The notes under the pieces: generated by a model
Databases searched by the model: none
Seen by the model: the letters and a program-made list of their open reading frames with translations, nothing else
Told to the model about the DNA's origin: nothing
Translations under genes and position numbers: made by a program
Origin: Candidatus Latescibacterota bacterium
GTDB lineage: Bacteria; Latescibacterota; UBA2968; UBA8231
Assembly (NCBI GenBank): GCA_965215195.1
Contig: CBDCDC010000002.1
Coordinates: 2,272,001-2,336,000 of the forward strand
DNA: 64,000 nucleotides
Reading direction: 5' to 3'
Shown here: positions 19,383 to 30,249 of the stretch, one piece after another
How the letters are laid out: each line of letters opens with the position of its first letter
Numbering within the stretch: position 1 is the first letter of the stretch

Positions 19383-21905
19383 ATGCACAGATTTGCTGCC
19401 ATGCTGGCTGCTTTCCTCATCGCCGGCGCAGACGACGCTGGAGGCGATGAGCAACCCTCCCGTATCGACACTAGCGATGCCCAGATGCAGTTTTGGATGA
19501 CGCACCCCCAGCGCACCGCCCACGCCGTGCGGGCTGAGGTGCCGCCGCGACTCGACGGCGTCATCGACGACGCAATCTGGCTGCGCGCACCCGTACACGA
19601 GGGGTTCACGCAGAACGACCCGGACAACGGCGAGCCTTCGACGCAACGCACCACCTTTCAGGTGGCCTACGACGACGCGGCACTCTACATCGCCGGCATC
19701 TGCTACGACACCCGTCCCGACAGCATCACCGCACGCCTATCGCGGCGCGACGAATGGCGCGAGCGCGACCTGTTCGAGATCAACCTCGACCCCCACCACG
19801 ACCACCAGACGGGCGTTTACTTTACCGTGGGGCCCTCCGGCTGGATCGAGGACGGGATCATCTACAACGACGACGACTTCGACGATAGCTGGGACAGCGT
19901 GGCCGAGGTGGAGACAGCGCGGCGCGCCGACGGCTGGAGCTTGGAGCTGAAGATCCCGTACCACGTCTTGCGCTTCGGCGAGAAGGAGAGCTACACCTGG
20001 GGGATCAACGTCTTCCGCAAAATCTCCCGCCGCGCCGAGTGGTCCCAGTGGAGCTTCAGACCTCGGGGCGTCAGCGGCTACGCCTCGCGCTTCGGCCATC
20101 TCGAAGGCATCGAAGGCATCCGGCCGCAGCGCAGCCTCGAGATATTCCCCTTCGCGCTAGGCCGCAGCACCCTGTCGCCGGGAGACAGCGGCAGCGAGCA
20201 CGACCTATTCTCCTCGGCCGGCCTCGACCTGCGCTACGGCCTGTCGTCGAATATCTCCCTCAACGCCACCATCAACCCGGACTTCGGCCAAGTCGAAGCC
20301 GATCCGGCCGTGCTCAACTTGGGCGTCTTTGAGACCTTCTTCCGCGAGCGCCGGCCCTTCTTTTTGGAGGGCATCCAGATCTTCGAATCGCCCCGACCGT
20401 GGATCGTCGGCATCCGCCGGCCCTCGCGCCTGTTCCACTCGCGGCGCATCGGCCGCCCGCCCTCGCGCTTTGACCTGCCCGAGGACAGCGACGAGGTGAA
20501 CCGTCCCGACAACACCACGATCCTCGGGGCCGTCAAGGTTTCGGGAAAGACCGCCGGCCGCACGGCCTTCGGCCTGCTCAACGCCGTCACTGGCCGGGAG
20601 GAGGCGCGCATTGACCAGCGCATCACCAGCACCGAGACGGGCTTGGCCGACACGCTGCGCCGCGACTTCGAGGTTGAGCCGCTCACCAACTACTTCATCG
20701 GCCGCGTGCAACAGGACCTGCTCGCCAACTCCACGGCCGGGGCCCAGCTCACCGCGGTCAACGGCCGCGGCTTTGACCCGGCCTACGTCGGTGCCGGCGA
20801 CCTGCACGTGAAGTGGTGGGAAAACGCCTACCGCCTCTACAGCCGGCTGGCCGTCAGTCGCGCTGGGCAGGCCGAGGAGCGCGACAGCGGTTGGGAGGGC
20901 GTACTCTATTTTCAAAAGTCGGGCGGTGCCTTCGGCGGCCAAGCCTATGTGGACGCGCAATCACCCGACTTCGAGACCAACGACCTCGGCTTCATGCGGC
21001 GCAACGACCGCATTCAGACTGGGATCCACATCCGTTACGAGAAGCTCGACCCCTACTGGTTTGCCCGCCACTCCGGGTTCAACTTCAACGCGTGGAACCA
21101 CTGGAACTTCGCCGGCGAGCGGCTGGCCCGCGGCCTCAACTTCAACACCTGGCACGAGCTGCACAACTACTGGGGATTCTGGATGGGCCTCAGCCGCAGC
21201 CTCGCCGCCTTCGACGACGTGGTCACCCGCGGCGGACCGCTCATGGCCTCACCGGCCAGCACTTGGATCGGCATGGACCTGTGGAGCGATGGCCGCAAAC
21301 CCATCAGTAGCTGGCTCGGCTGGAACGTCCACTGGAGCCAAGGAGGCGACAACTTGGGATCGTGGGTCGGCTTTGAGCTCGAGCTGCGCCCCATATCCCA
21401 GTTCGAGCTGGAAATTGAGCCGGGCTACAGCTTCAACCGCAACTTTACCCAGTGGGTAGAGAACGAAGACGAGGACGGCGACGGCGAGGATGACCGCTTC
21501 ATCTTCGGCGAGCTCGAGAGCCGCGTCTTCGAGATCGGCGTACGCGGCGCTTGGGCCTTCACCCCGAGCCTGAGTCTGCAACTGTTTGTGCAACCCTTTG
21601 TGACAACTGGCGACTACGGTGCCATCAAGGAGCTGGCACGTCCGCGGTCCTACGAGTTCTCGCCCTACGCTGGTCTCGAGGAAAACCCGGACTTCCACCG
21701 CCGCGCCCTGCGCTCCAACGTAGTGCTGCGCTGGGAGTACCGGCCCGGCAGTACGCTCTTCGCGGTCTGGCAGCAGAGTCGGGACCGCGACTTCGACGAC
21801 GCCCGCGACCCCAAGTTCCGCCCCGCAGACGACTTGAGCCGCGCCTTCGCCGATGACGGCGACAGCATCTTCCTGATCAAGCTCAACCGCTGGTTCAGGC
21901 TGTAG
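19383..21905 (+). CDS. DUF5916 / carbohydrate-binding family 9-like outer-membrane protein
   Basis: Signal peptide; PRLDGVIDDAIW, YDDAALY, GWSLELKIPY, TINPDFGQVEAD..LNL..FETFF.E.RPFFLEG; beta-strand-rich C-terminus. Confidence 0.85.
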   Translation: MHRFAAMLAAFLIAGADDAGGDEQPSRIDTSDAQMQFWMTHPQRTAHAVRAEVPPRLDGVIDDAIWLRAPVHEGFTQNDPDNGEPSTQRTTFQVAYDDAALYIAGICYDTRPDSITARLSRRDEWRERDLFEINLDPHHDHQTGVYFTVGPSGWIEDGIIYNDDDFDDSWDSVAEVETARRADGWSLELKIPYHVLRFGEKESYTWGINVFRKISRRAEWSQWSFRPRGVSGYASRFGHLEGIEGIRPQRSLEIFPFALGRSTLSPGDSGSEHDLFSSAGLDLRYGLSSNISLNATINPDFGQVEADPAVLNLGVFETFFRERRPFFLEGIQIFESPRPWIVGIRRPSRLFHSRRIGRPPSRFDLPEDSDEVNRPDNTTILGAVKVSGKTAGRTAFGLLNAVTGREEARIDQRITSTETGLADTLRRDFEVEPLTNYFIGRVQQDLLANSTAGAQLTAVNGRGFDPAYVGAGDLHVKWWENAYRLYSRLAVSRAGQAEERDSGWEGVLYFQKSGGAFGGQAYVDAQSPDFETNDLGFMRRNDRIQTGIHIRYEKLDPYWFARHSGFNFNAWNHWNFAGERLARGLNFNTWHELHNYWGFWMGLSRSLAAFDDVVTRGGPLMASPASTWIGMDLWSDGRKPISSWLGWNVHWSQGGDNLGSWVGFELELRPISQFELEIEPGYSFNRNFTQWVENEDEDGDGEDDRFIFGELESRVFEIGVRGAWAFTPSLSLQLFVQPFVTTGDYGAIKELARPRSYEFSPYAGLEENPDFHRRALRSNVVLRWEYRPGSTLFAVWQQSRDRDFDDARDPKFRPADDLSRAFADDGDSIFLIKLNRWFRL

Positions 21906-21934
21906 GGGCCAGCAAGCGCGGCCTAGCCCAATTC

Positions 21935-21997
21935 ATGATGACTCGTCACAACGACCGCACGCACAATAATCCGCTGGTCCCATTGCGCGCGTTCTGA
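21935..21997 (+). CDS. Putative aspS attenuator leader peptide MMTRHNDRTHNNPLVPLRAF
   Basis: Three Asn and one Asp codon within 7 codons; stop codon lies inside a segment complementary to the downstream terminator arm. Confidence 0.55.
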   Translation: MMTRHNDRTHNNPLVPLRAF

Positions 21998-22026
21998 CGA
22001 CTGATTCCAACCCAATCCAAGCATTC

Positions 22027-22068
22027 AAAACCCGTCGCGAACGCACATCGCGGCGGGTTTTTCATTTT
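22027..22068 (+). terminator. Intrinsic terminator / attenuator hairpin upstream of aspS
   Basis: AAAACCCGTCGCGA-acgcaca-TCGCGGCGGGTTTT followed by TCATTTT. Confidence 0.8.
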
Positions 22069-22089
22069 CATCTGCAACTGGAGGCTATC

Positions 22090-23850
22090 ATGCACCTTTA
22101 TCGCACCCACACCTGTGGCGAGCTCCGCAAGCGCCACGCCGGCCAAACCATTCGCCTGAGCGGCTGGATACACCGCAAAAGAGACCACGGGGGCGTCCTG
22201 TTCCTCGATCTGCGCGACCACTACGGCATTACCCAACTCGTGATCTGGCCGGAAAACGACGCTGCGACAGCCGCGGCAAAAGTCCCCCGCGAATCCGTGA
22301 TCCGCGTCGTAGGCGACGTGCGCAAGCGGTCGCCTGCGACCATCAACAGCGCCATGAAAACCGGGGAGGTGGAAATCGCCGTCGGCGAGTTAGAAGTGCT
22401 CTCGCCGGCCGAGTCGCTCCCCTTTTCCGTAGCCGATGAACCCGAAGCAGGAGAGAGCACCCGGTTGTCCTATCGCTTCCTCGACTTGCGCCGGGCCGGG
22501 CTACATGGCCGCATTCAGCTCCGCTCGGAGGTGATCGCCAGCATCAGACAGCGCATGACCCACATGGGCTTTGCCGAGTTCCAGACGCCCATTCTCACCA
22601 GCAGCTCGCCCGAGGGTGCGCGCGATTACCTCGTGCCGAGCCGGCTCTATCCCGGCCACTTCTACGCACTGCCGCAAGCGCCGCAGCAGTTCAAGCAGTT
22701 GCTGATGGTGGCTGGCTTTGATCGCTACTTTCAGATCGCACCCTGCTTCCGCGACGAAGATGCCCGCGCCGACCGCTCCCCCGGCGAATTCTATCAGCTC
22801 GACCTCGAGATGGCCTTTGTCGAGCAGGAGGACGTCTTCGCCGTGGTCGAGGAGCTCTTTTGCGGTCTCTTTCGCAAGTTCACCGCTTGGGAAGTGACCG
22901 CGCCGCCGTTCCCGCGTCTTTCCCACGCCGACGCCATGCTGCGGTTCGGTACGGACAAACCAGATCTGCGCTTCGGACTCGAAATTCAAGACCTCTCCGC
23001 GATCTTCGCCGGCTCCTCGTTCAGGCTGTTCAGGGCCATCGTCGCCGCAGGCGGGGTCGTCCGCGCTCTGTGCGTTCCCGAGCTGGAGGCGCAGCCGCGC
23101 TCGTTCTTCGACAGCCTCGAAGTATTTGTCAAAGAAGCGGGCGGCAAGGGGCTGGCGTACCTCATCAACGGAGCGCAGGCCACAGGCTCTATCGCCGCGG
23201 CCTTAGAACAGAGCGTACGCAGTCGCATTATCGAGGCGTGTGCAGCCGCCCCGGGGTCCGCCATTTTCTTTATCGCCGGACCGCCAGCCGAGGCAGCGGC
23301 CCTAGCCGGACGATTGCGCCTGCACTTGGCGGACCGGCTCAATTTGCGCCGGGAGGGGTGCTATGAATTCTGCTGGATCGTCGATTTTCCCATGTACGAA
23401 TGGGACGCGGAACGCGCTTGTGTGGCCTTTTCGCACAACCCGTTCTCCATGCCGCAGGGCGGTATGGCTGCGCTGGAGACGCAACCGCCGCTGGAGATCA
23501 AGGCGCATCAGTACGACATCGTCTGCAACGGCCTCGAACTGTCGAGCGGTGCCATCCGCAATCACAGACCAGACATCATGTACAAGGCATTTGAGATTGC
23601 CGGGCACTCGCGCCGGGAAGTGGATCGCAGGTTCGGAGGCCTGATCCGCGCCTTTGGCTACGGCGCTCCGCCCCACGGCGGCATTGCGCCCGGCATCGAC
23701 CGCATCGTCATGCTGCTGGCGGACGAACCGAACATCCGGGAGGTCATCGCCTTCCCCATGAACCAGAATGCGCAGGATCCGCTCATGGGCGCGCCAAGCG
23801 AGGTGTCGCCGGAGCAATTGCGGGAGCTGCACATAGCGGTTCGGGGGTGA
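22090..23850 (+). CDS. aspS: Aspartate--tRNA(Asp/Asn) ligase
   Basis: YRTHTCGEL, RDHGG, SSPEGARDY, YALPQAPQQFKQLLM, QIAPCFRDED, GAPPHGG; His in RDHGG is typical of non-discriminating enzymes. Confidence 0.97.
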   Translation: MHLYRTHTCGELRKRHAGQTIRLSGWIHRKRDHGGVLFLDLRDHYGITQLVIWPENDAATAAAKVPRESVIRVVGDVRKRSPATINSAMKTGEVEIAVGELEVLSPAESLPFSVADEPEAGESTRLSYRFLDLRRAGLHGRIQLRSEVIASIRQRMTHMGFAEFQTPILTSSSPEGARDYLVPSRLYPGHFYALPQAPQQFKQLLMVAGFDRYFQIAPCFRDEDARADRSPGEFYQLDLEMAFVEQEDVFAVVEELFCGLFRKFTAWEVTAPPFPRLSHADAMLRFGTDKPDLRFGLEIQDLSAIFAGSSFRLFRAIVAAGGVVRALCVPELEAQPRSFFDSLEVFVKEAGGKGLAYLINGAQATGSIAAALEQSVRSRIIEACAAAPGSAIFFIAGPPAEAAALAGRLRLHLADRLNLRREGCYEFCWIVDFPMYEWDAERACVAFSHNPFSMPQGGMAALETQPPLEIKAHQYDIVCNGLELSSGAIRNHRPDIMYKAFEIAGHSRREVDRRFGGLIRAFGYGAPPHGGIAPGIDRIVMLLADEPNIREVIAFPMNQNAQDPLMGAPSEVSPEQLRELHIAVRG

Positions 23851-24058
23851 TACAAACAGCGCTGTCGTTGTTGGGCATCATCTCCGCTCCCCAGACCCAA
23901 ACCCTCACTTGCTGGCCGATTCCGGTTGGGCGTTATTGGAGGAGTATAGCTCATCGCCTTGGCCGAAAATCTGGCATACTGTGTCGGAGGAAACGACCCG
24001 ACCATGCCCATAATGTGCGCCATCCATCGCTCAGTAACCCAAGAAAGTGAGCCCTGCC

Positions 24059-25000
24059 ATGAAAACACAACGCTACCAACTCCGCATCAGCGGTCTGAGA
24101 GAAGACGAAGGTCAAATCAAGATGGCGACTCTCCGGCGTGTTATGGACGCCCTTCTCACGACAGCAGAGCGGACCACCCGCTTGCTCGCCACGGGTGCAG
24201 GCAGTGGGAGGGGGGCGAGGCCTCAGTGGCTGGACGCCACCATTGACTTCACGATAACTGGATTGAAATCCGGGTCTACGATTTTTGACATAGAGGCTCC
24301 CCAGCTCGGTGAGACTGCCTGCGAGCAATTTGCCCGAGCGGACTTATGGAGCAAGCAGCCTAGCCTAGACGAAACGGCGCTCGATCTGGTCGCTCAAGCG
24401 ATCAACGAGACCCAGATGGACAACCCTGTGGGAGACTATTTCGATAGTTCGGTTCTCGAGGCGATTCTCAAGTTCAGGCAAGCGGCCGGAGTTGCCGGTG
24501 TACGCTATGAAATGATCCCTCATGGCACGGCGCATGGACAATTCGCACTGGACGACAGTACTTGCACATACGTCAAAGAGCGGTTGAATGACATCCCGGC
24601 TCCAAGATCCTTCATCGTAAGTGGCAGGCTTGACGAGATCAAACATGGCAACGGCCGCTTTCGCCTTTTGGTGAGCCAGAAGTCAGCACTCTTTGGACAG
24701 CTGGACGCTGCGTCATTGAGCGTAGAGGCTTTGCGTCCCCTATGGGGCAAGCAGACCACTGTTGAGGGGATGGTACATTTCAAGGCCAACGGCCAGCCGC
24801 GCTTGATCGAGGCTCGCCGGATTGGCGGTCGGCTGGAAGGGGATAGCGTTTTCGAAGAAATGCCATCAGTAGAGGGCCAGAAATCGCATGATCGGTTTCC
24901 GGCACAACGCAAGCAAGTCGGGGCCTTTGACCCTATTGGTCTTGCGGGCGCGTGGCCTGGCGATGAACCCATTGAGGATCTCCTAGCCCAACTCGATTGA
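24059..25000 (+). CDS. Hypothetical protein coupled to a PIN toxin
   Basis: About 313 aa ORF; C-terminal LAGAWPGDEPIEDLLAQL resembles antitoxin tails; 4-nt overlap with the next gene. Confidence 0.7.
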   Translation: MKTQRYQLRISGLREDEGQIKMATLRRVMDALLTTAERTTRLLATGAGSGRGARPQWLDATIDFTITGLKSGSTIFDIEAPQLGETACEQFARADLWSKQPSLDETALDLVAQAINETQMDNPVGDYFDSSVLEAILKFRQAAGVAGVRYEMIPHGTAHGQFALDDSTCTYVKERLNDIPAPRSFIVSGRLDEIKHGNGRFRLLVSQKSALFGQLDAASLSVEALRPLWGKQTTVEGMVHFKANGQPRLIEARRIGGRLEGDSVFEEMPSVEGQKSHDRFPAQRKQVGAFDPIGLAGAWPGDEPIEDLLAQLD

Positions 25001-25509
25001 GCGATATTTTTGTGACACGCTTCCTCCTAGACACGAGTCTGTTGCTCGGTTTCGCCCGGAAAGCACCGTGGGCTATCCGGGCTCGCGCAGAATTCAATCT
25101 CGGAGATCCAGAAACAATGGTCTTTACTTGCGTTATCTGCCAAGGAGAGATTCTCGCGCTTGCGGAGAAGAATGGTTGGGGCAGCAACAGACGAACTCAC
25201 CTTGAGCAACTTCTTAACGAAGTGCCGACGCTTGACATCAGCAGACGAACGATTTTGGGCGCGTACGCTCGGATCGATGCTTGGACCCACGGTAAGCCTG
25301 TGACTTCTCCTCAAAATGCGCCGCCGCCAAAGCCGGCTGTGCCGATGAAACAAAATGATCTCTGGATCGCCGCGACAGCTCACGTAAGCGGAGCTGCACT
25401 CCTGTCAACAGATACAGACTTCAGACACTTGGACAATATATGGTTCAAATTCGTCCATGTAAGCCAGAAAGACCATCTTCCCGAGCACCCAACGCGAGTT
25501 GAACCATGA
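24997..25509 (+). CDS. PIN-domain (VapC-like) toxin
   Basis: FLLDTSLL, GEILAL, QNDLWIAATA, LLSTDTDFRHL. Confidence 0.85.
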   Translation: MSDIFVTRFLLDTSLLLGFARKAPWAIRARAEFNLGDPETMVFTCVICQGEILALAEKNGWGSNRRTHLEQLLNEVPTLDISRRTILGAYARIDAWTHGKPVTSPQNAPPPKPAVPMKQNDLWIAATAHVSGAALLSTDTDFRHLDNIWFKFVHVSQKDHLPEHPTRVEP

Positions 25510-25799
25510 TTAAGAACAAGAACTGCCAGACTTGACCCTTAAACAGGCCATGAAGATGGAGGACATTCTGATTGCAGCGGCGACAGGTGCTCCTTATGAC
25601 GAGATCGCTATCAATCCGGAGATGGGAAGCATATCTCCTTCACCCGGTCTTGGGATAGCGAAGAAGAGAGAACGCTATGGAAGACATACTCGCTAAAGAA
25701 AAAGCCTATCTCGCCGCCGATTTTACTCATGCTTTCCTCCATCGAATGCTTTCAATCTGACTTCTCGCGGCGGTTAGTTCGCGCCACCCGTCCAACCTA

Positions 25800-26711
25800 T
25801 CAACGCGCATACCCGTCGGGGTTGTCCCGGCGCCAATTGGGCTGGTAGCCTGCCGCGGCGTCAAAGCCATGCGATGGCCCGATCTGGTTTTCGGTCTGCC
25901 AAGGCCAAGCCTGGCCGCCGATGATGCGGAACTGGTCCCCTTTGCCGCAGAGCCAATAGAACATGTGGGCGTAGTAGCGCGCCGTGCCGTGCCCGCCGTA
26001 ATACGCTCGCTGGAAATCGAAGTCCTCCTCCACGACCCAGTTGCGCGCCGGCGGCGTGGTGCGCCAGTAATTGTACTTGAGCATCCGGCGGAGGCCCTTG
26101 GCAGTGGACTTGCCGCGGCGGTGGAGGATGCTCTGATGGTGGATCCCGATGGTGCCGGCCGGGCCATCGCAAAACACGCCTCCTTCTTCGCTGTCGCGGG
26201 ATGCCGGTTGGATGTGCGAGCCAGGCACCAGCTCGGTCGGCCCCAGCTCCACGGGCGTGTCTTGGGGAAAGTAGAAGACCTCCAAAAAGCGGAGCTCCGG
26301 GCCGAAGATGTGGTCGGCGTCTTGGTGCCAGCCTTGGGATTCCATTGGGCATTCGGCTCGGTGGTGGCTGGCTAGGACCGGCAGGCCAACGTTGGGGCCT
26401 AAAAGCGAGCGCATGGCACCGGCTAACTGGGGATTGAGCAGGACGTACTCGACGAACCAGGCCTCCAAGAAGATGGAACTCGGCTCGTGGGTAGAGCGGA
26501 TGCGGTCGAGGTCGGCCTTGGTCAGGCCATCGGGGATGTAGCTTGGATTGGCCGGAATATCGCCATCAAGCCAAGCGCAGGTGCGCTGGTTGATCTCGTC
26601 GGGCACGACGCCTTTGAGCAAAAGATGGCCCTCGCGGCAGAATTCGAGGACCTGGGAATCGGTGAGCGTTGGCTCGCAGTCAAAGGTGCGTTGGCATGTG
26701 TCGTAGTGCAT
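25800..26711 (-). CDS. PhyH-family dioxygenase
   Basis: ATG 26711 after AGGAGG; GWHQD, GPTELVPGSH, ILHRRG. Confidence 0.88.
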   Translation of the reverse strand: MHYDTCQRTFDCEPTLTDSQVLEFCREGHLLLKGVVPDEINQRTCAWLDGDIPANPSYIPDGLTKADLDRIRSTHEPSSIFLEAWFVEYVLLNPQLAGAMRSLLGPNVGLPVLASHHRAECPMESQGWHQDADHIFGPELRFLEVFYFPQDTPVELGPTELVPGSHIQPASRDSEEGGVFCDGPAGTIGIHHQSILHRRGKSTAKGLRRMLKYNYWRTTPPARNWVVEEDFDFQRAYYGGHGTARYYAHMFYWLCGKGDQFRIIGGQAWPWQTENQIGPSHGFDAAAGYQPNWRRDNPDGYAR

Positions 26712-26891
26712 GGTTTCCTCCTGCAAGGGCGTTGTCTTTTGTTGGCACTTGGGGACCAATCTAACCAAACGGCGCGGCAGCGGCAGGGCGCGCTTTGCTC
26801 GCCGCCTGCCGTTTGGTATGTTAAGCCGGTCCCCGCGCCTAGGCGGGGAGCGACGAATTTCACTGGCGCGATTAAACGCGAGGAGGGCATT

Positions 26892-27257
26892 TTGGTCATT
26901 CGCAATTGGCGCAACGCAACGCCCGTCGTCGGGCATCAATCCAAGCTGATCTGGTCGATCTTCCGCGCCCAAAGCGCCGAGGGTCTAAGCGCGGACGAGG
27001 CAGTACTCGAAGGGTTTTCTGGCCTGACGCTGCATCGCCTGCAAGGGGGGCTGGAAGGCGATTACCACGAACACGAGGCCACCGAGCAGGTGTACTACTT
27101 CCTCAGCGGCGAGGGGCGGATGAAGATCGACGGGGCGCTGTACGAGGTGCGCGCGGGGGATGCAGTACACATTCCGCCGCAGGTCAAGCACCAGCTTTGC
27201 AACCCTACGGACGATTGGGTCGAGCACTTGATCATCAGCGCCCAAGTCGCAAGATAG
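26892..27257 (+). CDS. Cupin domain protein
   Basis: TTG after AGGAGG; [29 protein letters not shown]. Confidence 0.85.
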   Translation: MVIRNWRNATPVVGHQSKLIWSIFRAQSAEGLSADEAVLEGFSGLTLHRLQGGLEGDYHEHEATEQVYYFLSGEGRMKIDGALYEVRAGDAVHIPPQVKHQLCNPTDDWVEHLIISAQVAR

Positions 27258-27265
27258 GACGCGCA

Positions 27266-29452
27266 GTGACAGACCGAGAGAAAAAAGTCGCCAAGGGCGG
27301 CTTGCACATCGACGAGCGCATATACGCACTCGTTGCCGAGCAGATCGCGCCGGGAACGGGCGTGTCCGTCGAGCACTTTTGGGCCTCGCTGGGCCGCATC
27401 GTGGAGGACTTGGCCGCGAAAAACCGCACGCTGTTACAGCGGCGAGACGCCTTGCAAGCGCAGATTGACGACTGGCATCGGGCGCGGCGTGGCGAGCCGT
27501 TGGACGCGGCGGCCTATCGCGCCTTTCTCGCGGAGATCGGGTATTTGCTGCCGCAAGGGGCACCGTGCCAAGTCCGCCCGGAAAACGTCGATCCAGAAAT
27601 TGCCACCATCGCCGGGCCGCAATTGGTGGTCCCCGTGGACAACGCGCGCTATGCGCTCAACGCGGCCAATGCGCGCTGGGGGAGTTTGTTCGACGCGCTC
27701 TACGGCACGGATGCAATTCCCGGCGCGGCCAGCGCCGAGTACGACGCTGCGCGCGGTGCCCAAGTCATCGCCCGCAGCGAGGCGTTTCTCGACCAAGCGG
27801 TCGGCCTAAAGCGAGCCACCTACGCCGAGGTGGTGGAGTTTTGCCTGCGCGAGACGGCCGGCCGCCGGGCCCTGTGCGCTCGCCTCGCCCGCGGCGACGA
27901 GGTGGGCTTGGCCCACGAGAAGCAGTTCGTCGGCTATAGACGCGAGGGCGGGCGGCTGAGCAGCGTCTTGCTGCGGCACAACGGGTTGCACATCGAGCTC
28001 CAGATCGACCGCGCCCACCCCATCGGCCAAGCCCACCCGGCTGGAGTCAAAGACGTGCTCTTAGAAGCGGCGATCACCACCATCCAAGACTGCGAGGACT
28101 CGGTGGCGGCAGTAGATGCCGAGGACAAGGCGCTGGTGTACGGCAACTGGAACGGCCTGATGCGAGGGACCCTAAAGGCGACCTTTGCCAAAGGCGGCCA
28201 AACCCAGACGCGCCGGCTCAACGCGGACCGCGCATTTACGGCCCCAGACGGCAGCGACCTTGTGCTGCCGGGGCGCAGCTTGTTGCTGGTGCGCCACGTG
28301 GGTCTCCACATGTACACGGACGCGGTGACCACGGCGGCGGGCGCGGAAATCCCCGAGGGCTTTCTCGACGCCATGGTCCTCAGCCTAGCGGCAATCCACG
28401 ACCTCAAGGGCCGCGGCCGCTACCGCAACAGCAGGGCCGGCAGCGTCTATGTGGTAAAGCCCAAGCTGCACGGGCCGGACGAAGTGGCAGCGACCGTTGA
28501 GCTATTTGGGCGGGTGGAGGAGGCGCTGGGGCTGAGTAAAAACACCCTGAAGATCGGCATTATGGACGAGGAGCGCCGCACCACCGTCAATCTCAGCGAG
28601 TGCATCCGCTGCGCTGCCGAGCGGCTGGTCTTCATCAACACGGGCTTTCTCGACCGCACCGGGGACGAGCTGCACACCAGCATGGAGTTGGGGCCCATGT
28701 TGCCCAAGATGGAAATCAAAGACCAGCGCTGGCTCCGCGCGTATGAGGACTGGAACGTGGACGTCGGGATCGCAACGGGCTTGGTGGGAAGGGCGCAGAT
28801 TGGCAAGGGGATGTGGACCATGCCCGAGCGGATGCGCGAGATGGTAGAGAGCAAAATCAGCCATCCGCAGGCCGGGGCGACCACCGCTTGGGTGCCCTCG
28901 CCGACAGCGGCGACCCTCCATGCGCTGCACTACCACCAAGTCGATGTGTTCCAGCGCTTAGACGAGCTAGCGGGCCGGGGCCGTGCCCATCTGGGCGACA
29001 TCTTGCGTCCGCCGGTGCTGGATCGCCCACCGAGCGCGGAGGCTATTCAGCAGGAGTTGGACAACAATGCCCAAGGCATACTCGGCTATGTGGTGCGCTG
29101 GATCGGCCAAGGCATTGGCTGCTCTAAAGTGCCCGATATCAACCACATTGGGCTGATGGAAGACCGGGCGACCCTGCGGATTTCCAGCCAGCACATCGCC
29201 AACTGGCTGCACCACAAAATCGCCAGCGAGCAGCAGGTGCGGGCGACATTTGCGCGCATGGCGGCCGTGGTCGACGCGCAAAACAGCGGCGACCCGGCGT
29301 ACTGCCCCATGGCACCCGACCTCGACGCCAGCGTCGAATTCCAAGCCGCGCTGGACCTAGTATTCAATGGCCGCACTGAGCCGAACGGATATACGGAAAA
29401 CGCGTTGCACAAGCGGCGGCGAGAGGTGAAGGCCGCCGGCCGAATCGCCTAG
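27266..29452 (+). CDS. glcB: Malate synthase G
   Basis: [69 protein letters not shown]; start reassigned to GTG 27266. Confidence 0.96.
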   Translation: MTDREKKVAKGGLHIDERIYALVAEQIAPGTGVSVEHFWASLGRIVEDLAAKNRTLLQRRDALQAQIDDWHRARRGEPLDAAAYRAFLAEIGYLLPQGAPCQVRPENVDPEIATIAGPQLVVPVDNARYALNAANARWGSLFDALYGTDAIPGAASAEYDAARGAQVIARSEAFLDQAVGLKRATYAEVVEFCLRETAGRRALCARLARGDEVGLAHEKQFVGYRREGGRLSSVLLRHNGLHIELQIDRAHPIGQAHPAGVKDVLLEAAITTIQDCEDSVAAVDAEDKALVYGNWNGLMRGTLKATFAKGGQTQTRRLNADRAFTAPDGSDLVLPGRSLLLVRHVGLHMYTDAVTTAAGAEIPEGFLDAMVLSLAAIHDLKGRGRYRNSRAGSVYVVKPKLHGPDEVAATVELFGRVEEALGLSKNTLKIGIMDEERRTTVNLSECIRCAAERLVFINTGFLDRTGDELHTSMELGPMLPKMEIKDQRWLRAYEDWNVDVGIATGLVGRAQIGKGMWTMPERMREMVESKISHPQAGATTAWVPSPTAATLHALHYHQVDVFQRLDELAGRGRAHLGDILRPPVLDRPPSAEAIQQELDNNAQGILGYVVRWIGQGIGCSKVPDINHIGLMEDRATLRISSQHIANWLHHKIASEQQVRATFARMAAVVDAQNSGDPAYCPMAPDLDASVEFQAALDLVFNGRTEPNGYTENALHKRRREVKAAGRIA

Positions 29453-29482
29453 CACCCCCATTCAAATTCAAGGAGACGACAA

Positions 29483-30238
29483 ATGGAGTCCCGTGCAAAA
29501 GTCGCCCTCGTAACCGGCGCCGGCAGCGGCATTGGTCGCCACAGCGCCTTGGCGTTGGCCGAGGCCGGCTATGCCGTTGCCCTAGCAGGACGGCGTCAAG
29601 AGGCCCTAGCGGAAACGGCCGCGCTGGCGGGAACGGATGCCCGCATGTTGCCGGTGCCTACTGATGTCGGCGATCCCCAAGCTGTTGCCGCACTGTTTGC
29701 CCAGATCGCCGAGCACTTTGGTCGGCTTGACGTGCTCTTCAACAACGCCGGGGCCGGCGCGCCGGCCGTGCTGTTGGAGGACCTGACATACGATCAGTGG
29801 CAGAAGGTCGTCGCCGTCAATCTGACCGGTGCCTTCCTCTGCACCCAAGCGGCCTTCCGAATTATGAAGGATCAAAATCCGCGCGGCGGCCGGATTATCA
29901 ACAACGGCTCGGTCTCGGCCGCGGCCCCGCGGCCCAATTCCGCCCCCTATACCGCCACCAAACACGCCATTACCGGACTCACCAAATCGACCTCGCTCGA
30001 CGGGCGCAAATACGACATTGCCTGCGGTCAGATCGACATTGGCAACACGGCCACCGATATGACGCAGCGGATGAGCGACGGCGTACCGCAGGCCGATGGC
30101 TCCAAGCTCGTCGAGCCGCGCTTTGCCGTTGAGCACGTGGCCCACGCCGTAGTGCAAATGGCCGAGCTGCCGCTGGACACCAATGTGCTGTTTATGACGA
30201 TCATGGCCACGAAAATGCCGTTTGTCGGGCGGGGTTAG
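29483..30238 (+). CDS. SDR family oxidoreductase
   Basis: [17 protein letters not shown]. Confidence 0.93.
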   Translation: MESRAKVALVTGAGSGIGRHSALALAEAGYAVALAGRRQEALAETAALAGTDARMLPVPTDVGDPQAVAALFAQIAEHFGRLDVLFNNAGAGAPAVLLEDLTYDQWQKVVAVNLTGAFLCTQAAFRIMKDQNPRGGRIINNGSVSAAAPRPNSAPYTATKHAITGLTKSTSLDGRKYDIACGQIDIGNTATDMTQRMSDGVPQADGSKLVEPRFAVEHVAHAVVQMAELPLDTNVLFMTIMATKMPFVGRG

Positions 30239-30249
30239 AAGCGACCGCC

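Noticed and set aside
25510-25800. Short gene-like fragments between the PIN gene and PhyH
   Set aside because: Probably debris; no family could be recognised
26906-27265. 120-aa N-terminal extension of malate synthase in the ORF track
   Set aside because: Overlaps the cupin gene in another frame; glcB-like sequence starts at GTG 27266
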